Shown here: piece after piece, positions 14,001-26,000 of the stretch
How the letters are laid out: every line of letters starts with the position of its first letter
Numbering within the stretch: position 1 is the first letter of the stretch
Source: Lytechinus pictus
Taxonomy: Eukaryota
Reading direction: 5' to 3'
Length of the DNA stretch: 64,000 bases
Assembly: GCF_037042905.1 (NCBI RefSeq)
Contig: NC_087248.1
Coordinates: forward strand, 1,054,001-1,118,000
The notes under the pieces: generated by a model
Seen by the model: only the letters and a program-made list of their open reading frames with translations
Database searches by the model: none
Told to the model about the DNA's origin: nothing
Position numbers and translations under genes: made by a program

Positions 14001-17000
14001 TCGTAAACCAGTCGGATCGTAAGGTGTACAGTGGCCTTATAGGGATGGTCCGGGCTGAAAGTATTTATAGCTTCATAAATAGAGTAGAATTCACTGAGCA
14101 AAATAATAAAAATAATAGCCAATTTTTATAAAGCGCTTATCCCAGAATGGCTCAGAGCGCGTTACAGCATATTATTACCCCGGTCATTGGATTTATTTTA
14201 ATCCCGCACGAAAAGTGCACAATTTCCACTCCCTGGGGAGCATTCCTTGCATTCATCGCAGCCTCATTATGGCGCTGGCAAATTCAAACGTACAATATCT
14301 TTCGCATCCTACCGGGTACCCATTTAGCACCTGGGTCGAGAGTGGCAAAGTGTGGATTAACGCCTTGCCAAAAGAAGCTAGACAGCGGTGGGATTCGAAC
14401 ACACGACCCTCTGTTTACAAGGCGAGAGTCAGAACCACTACACCACGGCTCTTCCAAAATGCCGAGAATTTCATCAAAATCGGATAGCAAATAACAAAGT
14501 TTTTGAATTTTAAAGTTCAGCAGTATTTTGTGAAAACGGTCGTCATTAATATTCATTAGGTGGGCTGATGATGTCACATCCCCACTTGTTCTTTTATATT
14601 TTGTTATATGAAATTAAGTTTATTTAATTTTTTCCTCCAAGAACTAGAAAAATTGGATTGACAACTGATTTAGTGCATTAGATATTTATTGCTGCAACTT
14701 ATTTTATTATAAGGGAGACATATTATTCACACAAGTATGAAATAATGAAAAAATTATGATTTTATGTAATAACATAAGAAAACAGAAAGTGGGGATGTGA
14801 CATCATCAGCCCACCTAATGAATATTCATGACCACTGTTTTCACAAAATATTGCTAAACTTTAAACTTCAATAACTTTATTTGTTATCCGATTTTGATGA
14901 AATTTTCGGCATTTTGCTCAGTGAATTCTACTCTATGTATTAAGATATAAATATTTTCAGCCCAGACCATCCCTTTAAGAGATTAGATTGTTCATATTAC
15001 CAGGACCTCCTGAGGGGAGTATTCTGCTAGCTACACAGCTATAGGATATTTAATCCCAAAATTTCTTACTCATTACTGTATATTCCGCTGACCTTATTAC
15101 GTGAATGTCAAAACTAATGTAATTTTTAAGTGCCATATCTCTTCTGTAGAGTTCTTGCTTGTTGATAGGTGTACTCCTGTATCTTTAATTTTCTTTTTTT
15201 TTAATCCTTGCTTTTTTCACCCTATTCAGCCCCTGCATATCCAGGTGCTCCCCTGCATGACAATGTTCACATTGCCAGAGGTTATCGCATGGAATCGCCC
15301 CAAAGTATGTTATTGCTCTCTTCATATTGCCTTTCACGTTTAACTTTTGGATAAGTTATGCCTGCTTCTCAAATAGACCATATTCCAGCATTAAAACTAA
15401 ACGAAAGTTTTAAATTACAAAGAAATAATATCTCTGTAATTTAGAACTCTTCTAGAGTGTTAATGAATAAGGTCTATTTGAGAAGGAGGCATAACTTATA
15501 TGTACATGTACATACACATTTGCATGGTTGGGTAACTCCTATTGCCTGTAATAATGTAATTTTGATCATAAATATAGATCAATCTGTTATGTTACAAAAC
15601 ACATCAAGATCTTTTTGATTAAATTTTCACAAACTTACATACATGTATTTCCATGTACACTACTCAAAAAAAGTTAAGGACCACTTTTTAAAACGTACAT
15701 AAAGATTTTATACAAGGTGTTTTATTTCTGGAAATACCTCAGTACAACTGTCCTAAATGTCCTTAAACACGCTGTAATCAATTTCACGCATGGGTGGTTT
15801 CAGTTGTTGCACAATGTTTCTCGCATCACTGCACATCCTGAAAAGTGGGCCCCGAGGGGTATCAGCTACCGACATGAAGTGGTAAAAACGAATGTCTGAG
15901 TGTCTTTCAGGCAGTTCAGTAACGAGTGTGACCACCTCCTGCAGCAATAACGGCTTCACAGCGCTGTCTCATGGAGCTGATGAGGCGATTGATGTCTCTG
16001 ACGTCCAGTGCATCCCATGCAGCCTCCAGAGCCACACCCAGCTGCTGCAGTCCAAGTGGATGGGCTTCGAGCTGCTCGAGACTCCTCCCCATCATGTCCC
16101 AGACGTGCTCTATCGGGTTTAAGTCCGGGGACCTCGCTGGCCACTCCATACGCTCAATCCCCTGGCCCTCAAGGAACTCGGTCACCACCCTAGCTCGGTG
16201 GGCACGGGCATTGTCATCCATGAAAATGATGTTTTGTCCCACATTTTCTGCAAATGGCACCACTATAGGTTCAAGGACCTCATCCCTGTACCTCACTCCT
16301 GTCATTGCTCCCCCTGGGACCACGTAGAGACGAGTACGGTTGGCGTAGGTGATGCCTCCCCACACCATGACGCTGCCTCCCCCATAACGGTCATGTTCTG
16401 CAATACAGGGGTCTGCAAATCTCTCTCCTGGTCGCCTCCAGACTCTCGAACGTCCATCATTGTGGTCAAGGGAAAATCTGCTCTCATCTGTGAACAGAAC
16501 TCTACGCCATTGCTGTCTGGTCCATCTGACATGCTCCCGGGCCCAGTTGAGACGAATTCTTCTGTGAGCAGGGGTGAGTGGGACACACTGAGCTGGCCGT
16601 CTGGCATGCATATTGGCTCTGTGAAGTCGGTTACGGATTGTTTGAGTGGAAACAATCACTCCAGTTGCTGCAGCGAAGTCATTGTTGAGGCGGCGTGCAC
16701 TGTGAAAGCGGTTGCGGAGGCTGAGATTCGTCAAGTAGCGATCATCTCTAGGGGTTGTCGAAACTGGTCGGCCACTGCGGGGTCTCTCGGAGTATAGCCC
16801 TGTCTCTCGGTGTCTTTGATTTGCTCTGCTAATGACACTGTGTGACACGCCCATCATTCTGGCTACTCTTCGCTGACTGAGGCCAGCTTCCAGCATCCCT
16901 AGGGCTCTGGCTACATCTGTTTCACTTAGGTGGTGTCTTGGCATTGCTGTTGTAGGCAAGTTGTTGATTGTACAGACTAAAGAGGGGAAAATGCTTTGGA

Positions 17001-20000
17001 AGACACTTGTCTTATGGCCCACTGCAATGATGCCAGAGACATCATGAAAGAACTGCATGTGTGAAATTGATGTCATTGTGTTTGATGGCATTCTGGACAG
17101 CTGTATCTTGGCATTGCTATTGTCAGCAAGTTGTTGATTGTAGAGACTAAAGACAGAAAATGCTTTGGAAGCCACTTTTGTACGGGCACATTGCAATGAT
17201 GCAAGAGACATGAAAGAACTGCATGTGTGAAATTGATTTCATTGTGTTTGATGGCATCCTGGACAGCTGTATCTTGGCATTGCTGTTGTCAGCAATTTGT
17301 TGATTGTAGAGACTAAAGACAGAAAATGCATTTGAATCCGCATTTGTACCACTTCACAATGGGCCCACTTTTCAGGATATGCAATAATGCGAGAGACATC
17401 ATGCAACAACTGAAACCACCCATGTGTGAAATTGTTACAGGGTGTTTGAGGAGATTCAAGACAGCCATATTCGGGTATTTCTAGAAATACAACACCCGGT
17501 TTGAAAATTGTATACACACATTAAAAAGTGGTCCTTAACTTTTTTTGAGTAGTGTATTTGCGATTGAGATCAGCTAGTCTTTTCCTTATATTTTTCTTCT
17601 TTCATGGTATATTTTTATGAAGCAGTGTGAGATACTGAGATTATGTATTAGGGGTTCATGTTGATAAATTCATTCTGACTGCTTTCACTTCTCTTCTCAG
17701 GTCATGGGAGTGGAACGCCTTCACTAGATGATGTTCTTCAGATGGTTGGTGTGCCCACATCATTGTCCCTCAAATATGGGCAAGGTTATTCCACCTACCA
17801 ACACAATGGAACAGTCCCAGCGTCCACATACCCTACGACATCCAATTACAGTGGAGCTTATGTAGACAGTAATGCCAACATTGCTTCTGGGAGTGAGGCT
17901 AGAGGGTATGCAAAACCAACACAATCTGCACTCCAATCTGTTGCAAAGCAAGGAAGGACAGATTCACGGACCAGTTTGATTGAACAAGAGATTGCAGAGC
18001 AGCAACAGAAGCTGATTGAGCAACAGCAGAGGACGTTACAGGAGTTCAGTCAAGCCATTCAACATGAAGCGAGTAAAGCGGGTAGTGAAAGTGGTCTTCA
18101 CCGGAGTGAAAGCTTGTCAAGTGTTGATAGTCTTGAAGAACATCGTAGAGAAAGAGAAGATTTGACCCAGAACTATGGGACCAAACACCAGAGGGCTCAT
18201 GCAACTTCAAGTTATGAAAATATCAATGGTGTGCACGTTTCCAATGGCCCTGGGGTTGGGCAGAATTCTGAAGTGAAGAAAGATCTCAGTAACTACAGTT
18301 TATATCACAATAATGTTTTGATGAGAGGTAGCAATGATAAACAGACTCAAGGTGGCCAAGAGACTAAGCAGTCAACTAGAACTACTTTGAATATCAAGAA
18401 TGATTCGGTTTATGATGGCATTCAGCCTAAAGGGGTTGCTTTTAATGGAATCACACAAACAGCCACTGCTTCTGCACACAACGCCACCAATGGTACACTG
18501 AATGGTACTGCAGTTAGGTCACAGAATGGTAAAACTGAAAAGACCACTACTGGTAATGGAACTTATCAAGAGAAAAATGGTACAGCTCATGCTTGGTCGA
18601 ATTCCAAAGCCAGTAAACCCCCTATTCAGCAACATGTCAGTGCACCAACAGCAAGCACTAGTCAAAGATCTAGGCCATATTCAGCAAGGACCACAGCAAC
18701 CGTAGTTACTGTTGCTCCAGCTGTATCATATCCAGCAAGAACTCAAGAAGCTGAGCAGTCAAATGCTTCCGCTAGAGGAACTGATGCCTATGGAGGAATG
18801 AGTTCTGTGATGCCATATCCCCCTCAAGATAAAAGGTTTGAGGAAACTCCTCAACAAACAATTGCACGTGAGGACATCACACTAGAAGAGGAGGAAGAGC
18901 CAGAAGTTGTGTCACCTCCTAAGAGTATCTTAAAACGGCACAAGAGTGAGACCCCTACCAAAGATCGTAAAGCAAAAGGACTGGCAGCTGCAATCATGAA
19001 GGACAGCCTTGATATTGGCAAACAGAGCGGAATCAAATCCCCAAAGAAAGGTGTTCGTTGGACAGATTTGACCTACAGCGATGATGAGAGCGTAGAGACA
19101 CAGGCAGCAGCTGAAAATGCGACACCTGTTCGCAAACCAAGGATCATATCAAGTGTTGATGCAAGGACTGTACAAGAGAGGTTAGGTGGTAAGACGGACA
19201 GTGTTGTTTCAGGCATTCCACCAAGACCGAAGTCTGGAAATGCTAATGGCTCAAAAGGAAAAAGCATGCAATTGAAAAATAATCGCTTCCCAACTGGTAC
19301 TGAAAGTAAACAGAATGTTGTTGATAATGATAGGGCTGCTGCAGGGAAAGCACCTGTCATTCAGAATGGAGTAAGATTAGACAAGACGCCCACGGATGAT
19401 GAAATCAATTGGTTATGGGATAAGGTTAGGACATGCTTGAATACACGAGAAGATGGGACAGACCAGAAGAATGGGCATGTTCCACAGACACCTAACACAA
19501 GGCAGTCATCCAGTACAAACCCACACCAAGATCAGAGGATAACAGCAAATCTTCGAGTGGCCCCACCATCCAACAATCCACGGTTCAGCCAGTACAATGA
19601 TACACTCAGAAGACAGGTCATAGTCCCTCGTTACAGGACTAACAGTGATTCTGGAACCCATGTCCAGCAGACGCCTGTATCTCAGCAACGGCGCCCTCAT
19701 GTGAGGAGTTCCAGTGCATCTAGGACTAATGGACAGCGTGGACCAGAGCCTAGCCAACAAGGACCAGGAAGATCTGCTACTGTGGCTCAGCAATATAGTA
19801 CACCAGGCAGTAAGTTCACACTGTTTATTTCCCCACCATAATGTAGAAGTGATATTAATAATAATATTCCGCATTTATATAGCATTTATAGATATTGCAT
19901 ATAAGTGGATGTACAAAAGTAATACTGCACATTATATGTGATGAAATTTGAGTGTACATTTACATGGTCACATTTACAATTCTGTGGAGACTCCATCATT

Positions 20001-23000
20001 GATTATGAGCTATTGGTGAGAAATAGTCATGCAAATAGTGTAAACTAAGCACAAAGAATGAATATTCCTGTCGGGTACCCATTTACTTCACCTGAGTTGA
20101 GTGAGTGCAGCGTAGCGGAGACAAATTCTCTGCAAAGAAAACTAAACAGCTGTTGTACTCTCAATCATATTGGCCCGAATTCATAAAGGTACTGTAGTTT
20201 TTAAAACCAACGGTTAAACCCATGGTTTATGCAGATTTCCTGTATAAATTACGCTTATTTACTGCGTATATTAAAAATGTCCAATGCTAATGCGCGCTTT
20301 GTCACAGTGTGCCAAATTGATGCCTGTTGCCATGGTTAAGTACGCAATTTTATTAATGAGTCCACTGTTTCAAGAGTGGACTCATTAGTTCAAAACATTG
20401 GACTCATGAATAAGATAGCATGGATAACCATGGCAACATGCTTCACTTTGGCGCACTGTGACAAAAGCGCACATCAGCATTGGACATTTTTTAATATACA
20501 CGGTAAATAAGCGTAATTTTTACAGGAAATCTGCATGAACTATGGGTTCAACCGATCGTTTTAAGAAACGATCTATGTGAATTTGGGCTATTTACTTTCA
20601 TAAAGGATATTTCAGAATATACATTATAATTGTATATACATGTAATCCATGGTAACAGGAAATCCTTTCTTTCTAGTTGATAGTCAAATTGCAATGTACT
20701 AAATGCATTGATAGTTTACTATAACCTGTCACTACACACATGTTTTACATAAACTTTTTATTTGGGTCATTAATGTTATCAGATATTCCTTTTCCCCAAT
20801 GTTTGATTTAAATACATGGTCTATTTGCCTCTCACACAGTGACGGATAGTCTTATGGCCTTCCAACAAGCTGAACAGATGGTACAGCAGAATGCTGATGA
20901 AGCTGATGTAGCAGAAGTGATAGATCAGCAGAGATTACATCACCAAGGTCATCAAGATCACAAAGGTTAGGTCAAAGACATGACAAAATTTCATTTCCAC
21001 ATATCACTGCTGGGTAGATCAGCAGAAGTTACATCACCATAGCCATCAAGATCACAGAGCTTAGGTCAAAGACATCACTAAATTTCATTTCCACATATCA
21101 CTTCTTTGTTAGATCAGTGGAAACTACTGCATCAGAGCTATCAGGAAAGCATATGTTAGGTCAAAGACATCACTAAATTTCATCTTCTCATTTATTACTT
21201 TTGGGTAGATCAGCAGAGATTACATCACCATGGTCGTCAAGATCACATAGGTTAGGTCAAAGACATAAAATTTCATTTCCACATATTCTTTGTTAGATCA
21301 GTGGAAATTACTGCATCAGAGCCATCAGGAAAGCATATGTTAGGTCAAAGACATCACTAAATTTCATTTATCACTGCTGGGTAAGATCAGTAGAGATTAC
21401 ATGGACGAGGACGGCACAGGGATCCCTATCCCATCAGGTTTATCGCAATCCTACTCACACTGATCGGTACTTGAACTATCGTTCATTTCACCACCCATCA
21501 GTGCTGAGATCCATCAATAAGACGTTGGTCAAACGAGCCCATGAGGTTAGTGACCAGATCTACCTGAGAGGTGAGCTTGAGCATATCAAACGTGTTCTGA
21601 AATGTAACAACTACCCCTCACATAAGATCTGCACTGAGCTTCCCCCCTCGCGGAACCCACATGCAGCACGGCCCAAGGCGAGAGTTGTTCTTCCCTATGT
21701 GGGAGTAGCCTCTCACAAGATTCAGAGGATTTTGAGAGAAGCCGACATTGAGGTTAGCCATAGTTCCTCAAATAAGCTTCAATCTGCCCTCACTACCTAT
21801 AAGGACAAGCGCAACTCCAAGGACCTCCCTGAAGTTTACCGAATTCCTTGTGAATGCGGTAAAGTTTACATCGGCAAGACGGGTCGTTCCTTTAACACTT
21901 GGATTAAGGAACACAAGGCCCATAGTAGGAGAGATTAGAGGGACAAGTCTGCAATCATCGATCATGCTCATACGCACAATCACCGGATCTTCTGGGATGA
22001 GAGTAGACTAGTCACCCGTGTCCCCTACTGGCATCAGCGGAGAGTCAGAGAAGCGTTGGAGATTGAGGAACATAACACTGTTCCTCAAGACAGCGGCCTC
22101 CAACTCAGCAATATCTGGCTTACCGTTCTAGACAAAGAGGCTAATTAAACTAATTAGCCTGCCGGGACGTTCCACACACATGTGAGCATTGCAGTGTACG
22201 GGCGGAAGTGGTGGCTTTTGTCATTCATGCTAATCTTAGCGGGAATGATAATTGACGGCATTTCCGGTCGTCGCTGGTTTTGCGCGCCCAATTTTGTGTG
22301 TTTTTACCCACGTCCGCATATGTGGATGTCATGTGACTTATCTAGCCAATCAGAGACATGTACCCTGCAAGGTACCGTGCATATGGCACTTTGAAAGAGT
22401 ATGCATGTATAAGGCCTGCTTTTACAAACTTTGCTCATTGTCCTGAAGACGACAAGAACACACTTGTCGAAACGTCGAAATTGGGTGGTCCTTTTCAGGA
22501 CCAACACTTTCCCAAGAAAGATGCATGGTGTACCGTGAAACCTTCTACACTATTCTTCTTCGCCATGGAAACCTTAAGAACTTACGACATCATCATAGTC
22601 GTCAAGGTCATCAAGGTTTAATAGGTAAAAGATGTTACAGAATGTATGTATATCAGCAGATATTACATTACCAAGGTCATCAGGAACACATAGGGTAGGT
22701 CAAAGACATTACAAAATTTCATTTCCACATATCACTGCTGGGTAGATCAGCAGAGATTACATAACCATGGTCATCAAGATCACATAGGTTAGGTCAAAGA
22801 CATCACAAAAGTCATCACATACCATTGCTGGCTCAGATCAACAGAGATTACATCACCTCAGGATTGTGCAGATCAAAGATATCACATATTGTTGCTGGGA
22901 TGATAGATTTTTTACTTAAAAACTTTTGTGTCAAGAGATTGAAATAATGATGTTGCTATAGGCCTAACACTGGTCAGATATTCCTCCCTTTAATATGGTG

Positions 23001-26000
23001 TAGTGGCTTCATTGAGCATTTCTTCCCTTTCATGTGGCATAGTCAATACAGTGTTTTTGGAAAATAGATGCTACTTTATTCCTTATTGCATTTTATTTAT
23101 TCATTTTTAGCTCATCCGGCCCAAAGGGCAAGATGAGCTTATGCCGTGGCATGGCGTCCGTCGTCTGTCGTCCGTCCACAATTTCAAAATGCTTCTTCTT
23201 CGCCATTTTAAGTCCGATTTCAATTCTGTTTGCTTTATATGATAGCACTAGGTGGGAGATTCAAAACTTCTACACAGAATTTTGAAACTCATTAAATATG
23301 CTAATTTATGCGCATTTTTCAAAATTCACAAAAAATGCTTCTTCTTTATTTGTTGATTGATTTTAATTATTTTTGTTCCATCTGAGAGCTACATGAGGTT
23401 CTACACAGAGTTTAGAAATTTTAACTATAAAATTATTTATGCTTAATTTATATGAAATTTATTCGTAGATCACAAAAAATATTTCTATGTCATTTCTTCA
23501 TCAATTTCAATTCTATATTCTCAATTTATGTCACCAATATAATTCACTACAGTGTCAACTGGGCTCAAATTAGAATTGTTTTAAATTTCGTTGCGAGATG
23601 CTGGATGAGCTCCACATCATTGATGTGCTAGTTTATGAATTGAGAGGGATGGGGGCAGGGAGGAGGTTGCATTGAACAACAGCTTACATCATGGGTTTGC
23701 TTCGGTTTTTCTTCTCATGAATGGAAGGGGGTATGGAGTCATTGCATATATGTTTACCAGTATTGTAGTATCACAATAATGCTACATTTCTTAGGAATCA
23801 TCATTTTCAAATAAGGTATTGTTAAAAATGAAATATGATGTACCATTGTATAATGAGTGGGTAGCAAATTTACATCTAATCTAAATAAATTATTTTGTAT
23901 CTTTGTTTATTTCAGCCAATCCAAGTGCACTCTCTATTGAGGAGGCCAAGGTGTTAGAGTCATTAGATCGACTGAATGCAAGACTCAAAAGTAAGTGTTT
24001 CAATGGCTTGATTCAAGTAAGATTATTATTTATTCTCAATCTGTGTTCAAATTATGTTATTTAATAATCAAGAATCCAAACTTATTGTAAAGATACTGTT
24101 TCAGTGGAATGCACCCATTATCATCAGATGGGAGAATGAAATTTTGTTGCATTGTAGAGGCATCTATGTGGCCCATGAAGCTGCTTTTGTGAATGTGTAT
24201 GTAAATGGGCATACTGCAGAAATGGAAATAAAATCGCAAATTATTTCCTTTTCACAAGCTTCTTTTATCTTGGTGTACATTGTGTAAATTACTTTATATA
24301 TTGTTGATATGATATTTGAGAAACATTTTGTTTATTTTGTTAATTTGTTTATTTCTAGCTGTGACAGCTGACATGAATGGATCTTTTAGTCCCATATATC
24401 CAGTAATGCCACCTAGACCTCCGCAACATGTAAGTAACAACTTGTGTCTGTTTCAAGTTCGATGATATTGTTCCCTAGTCTCTACTTGTTTTACCAGCTT
24501 CATAATCATCTATGAAAGAATTGAAATTAAGGAACAGTTGGCTATGGCATGGTCAAAGGGGGGAATAGAATCTCCCACCCTTGACTTTTTAAAACCACAT
24601 TGCCTGTTGACTTGTTTCCCCTTTGTTTTTTGTCCATACATTGTAGAATTGTGTCTTCATATCAGAATAATTGGTTTCAATTTAGAATCTATCAAAATGA
24701 GTTTACATTACATGGATGCATTTTATATTTTCCTTTTCTTTTTATAAAGTTTTATGATACAGATCTAAAGAGTACTGTCATTTCCATGATTACATGGAAA
24801 TGCGAAAACATAATGTAGCATTTTACCTTTAATTTCCAACTCCGTCTATTGAACACTACATGTAATTATAAATGGATTAAAACCCCTAAATATATGATAA
24901 AGCACAGTTGTAGTAAATGTACATTTTGTACTTCAATGTAATAGTTTATAGTTATTTCGACACATCGGAATCACCATTTCATAGTTTCACATTTGCATCA
25001 TGTATAAACTCAGATTTAGTTTATCATAATCATCAGCAACCAAAGAGATGCATTGTATGTCTTCACTAGATCATTATCTTGTTTTATTTTATTGCTACCC
25101 TCATTAGAAATCCCCAAATGAAGTCGTAGATGATGAGAATGTAAGCCTTTCAATCATTGAGTAGTGTTTAGTATTGTATGTTGAGGTAGTTCATCCTAGT
25201 TGTACCACCCACTGTAGTAGCTTCATTTCATATTCAGCCATTAAAATCCATCACAGTAGTTTATTTTCCTTCTTTTTAAAGACCTTTAAAAGTGCATGTT
25301 GTTTTCAAAGAATTTTTAAAAGTGCATATTAAATAGGTGAATTGCCACTTCGTCTACTAGACCCACTTTGCCTGCTATCTGACTGGTTTTATCCCACATG
25401 GTCTCTTCCTCTTCATTTGACAAAATACTAAGTAGATAAGTGAAAGATTAGACTAGTGGAGCATCAGACAAAATGACTGATGAAACAAGAAAATATTTAA
25501 CCAATCAGTAATTAGCCATGATGGTGTTAGTCGATGCATCTGCTAGTAGACTATGGTAGATACAAACCATTGAGAAATAAACCAGGATCAAAACTTTTGA
25601 ATTCAGAGAAGTTTTAGGTACATGTACTTGTCTTATCATTTTTGGTAGAATGTCAGAAGTTGCTAATTTACACGATGTTGGGTAATTTGAGTGAGTCTAC
25701 ATGATTTGTACTGTAATCGTAATATTTATAAATTTCGGTGGTGGTGTTTTTCCCCATAGATTATTTTGTTTAAATTTTGTGATGTAGTATACATGTTTCA
25801 ACAGAATCACATTATTGTCTCAATCCATCTCACCCATTCTCAGTGCATGTACTTCATTGCAACTGTGATTTTTTTTCTTTATTTCTGTCTTTTACATTTG
25901 CTCATTAACTTGAGAAATTAGATGATTTTTTTTTCATTTAAAGTGTGGTCATCCTTTTCTTTTGTTGCATACATCTATTTGTATTTAAGTGTTTGTTTTG

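Larger units (their letters stand above)
20923..22900 (+). repeat. ~90-95 bp minisatellite derived from the 3' end and splice donor of CEP126 exon 20840-20965, split by a Penelope-like insertion
   Basis: Unit GATCAGCAGAGATTACATCACCA..GTCATCAAGATCACA.AGGTTAGGTCAAAGACAT...TTTCATTTCCACATATCACTGCTGGGTA; about 5.2 copies before 21403 and about 3.5 after 22587. Confidence 0.85.

Noticed and set aside
14380-14455. Possible tRNA gene (also ~29916-29990)
   Set aside because: A/B boxes run into a SINE body and tail; no proper acceptor stem.
16945-17211. 431-aa transposase start in the ORF track
   Set aside because: The extension is built from duplicated 5' sequence; the Tc1-like protein begins at MPRHH (16944).
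17742-19841. 699-aa stand-alone ORF
   Set aside because: It is the large internal CEP126 exon (17701-19809), bounded by a CAG acceptor and a GTAAGT donor.
20923-22900. CRISPR-like appearance of regular repeats (also 11230-11640 and 57850-58800)
   Set aside because: Whole units repeat without unique spacers; eukaryotic context and no cas genes.
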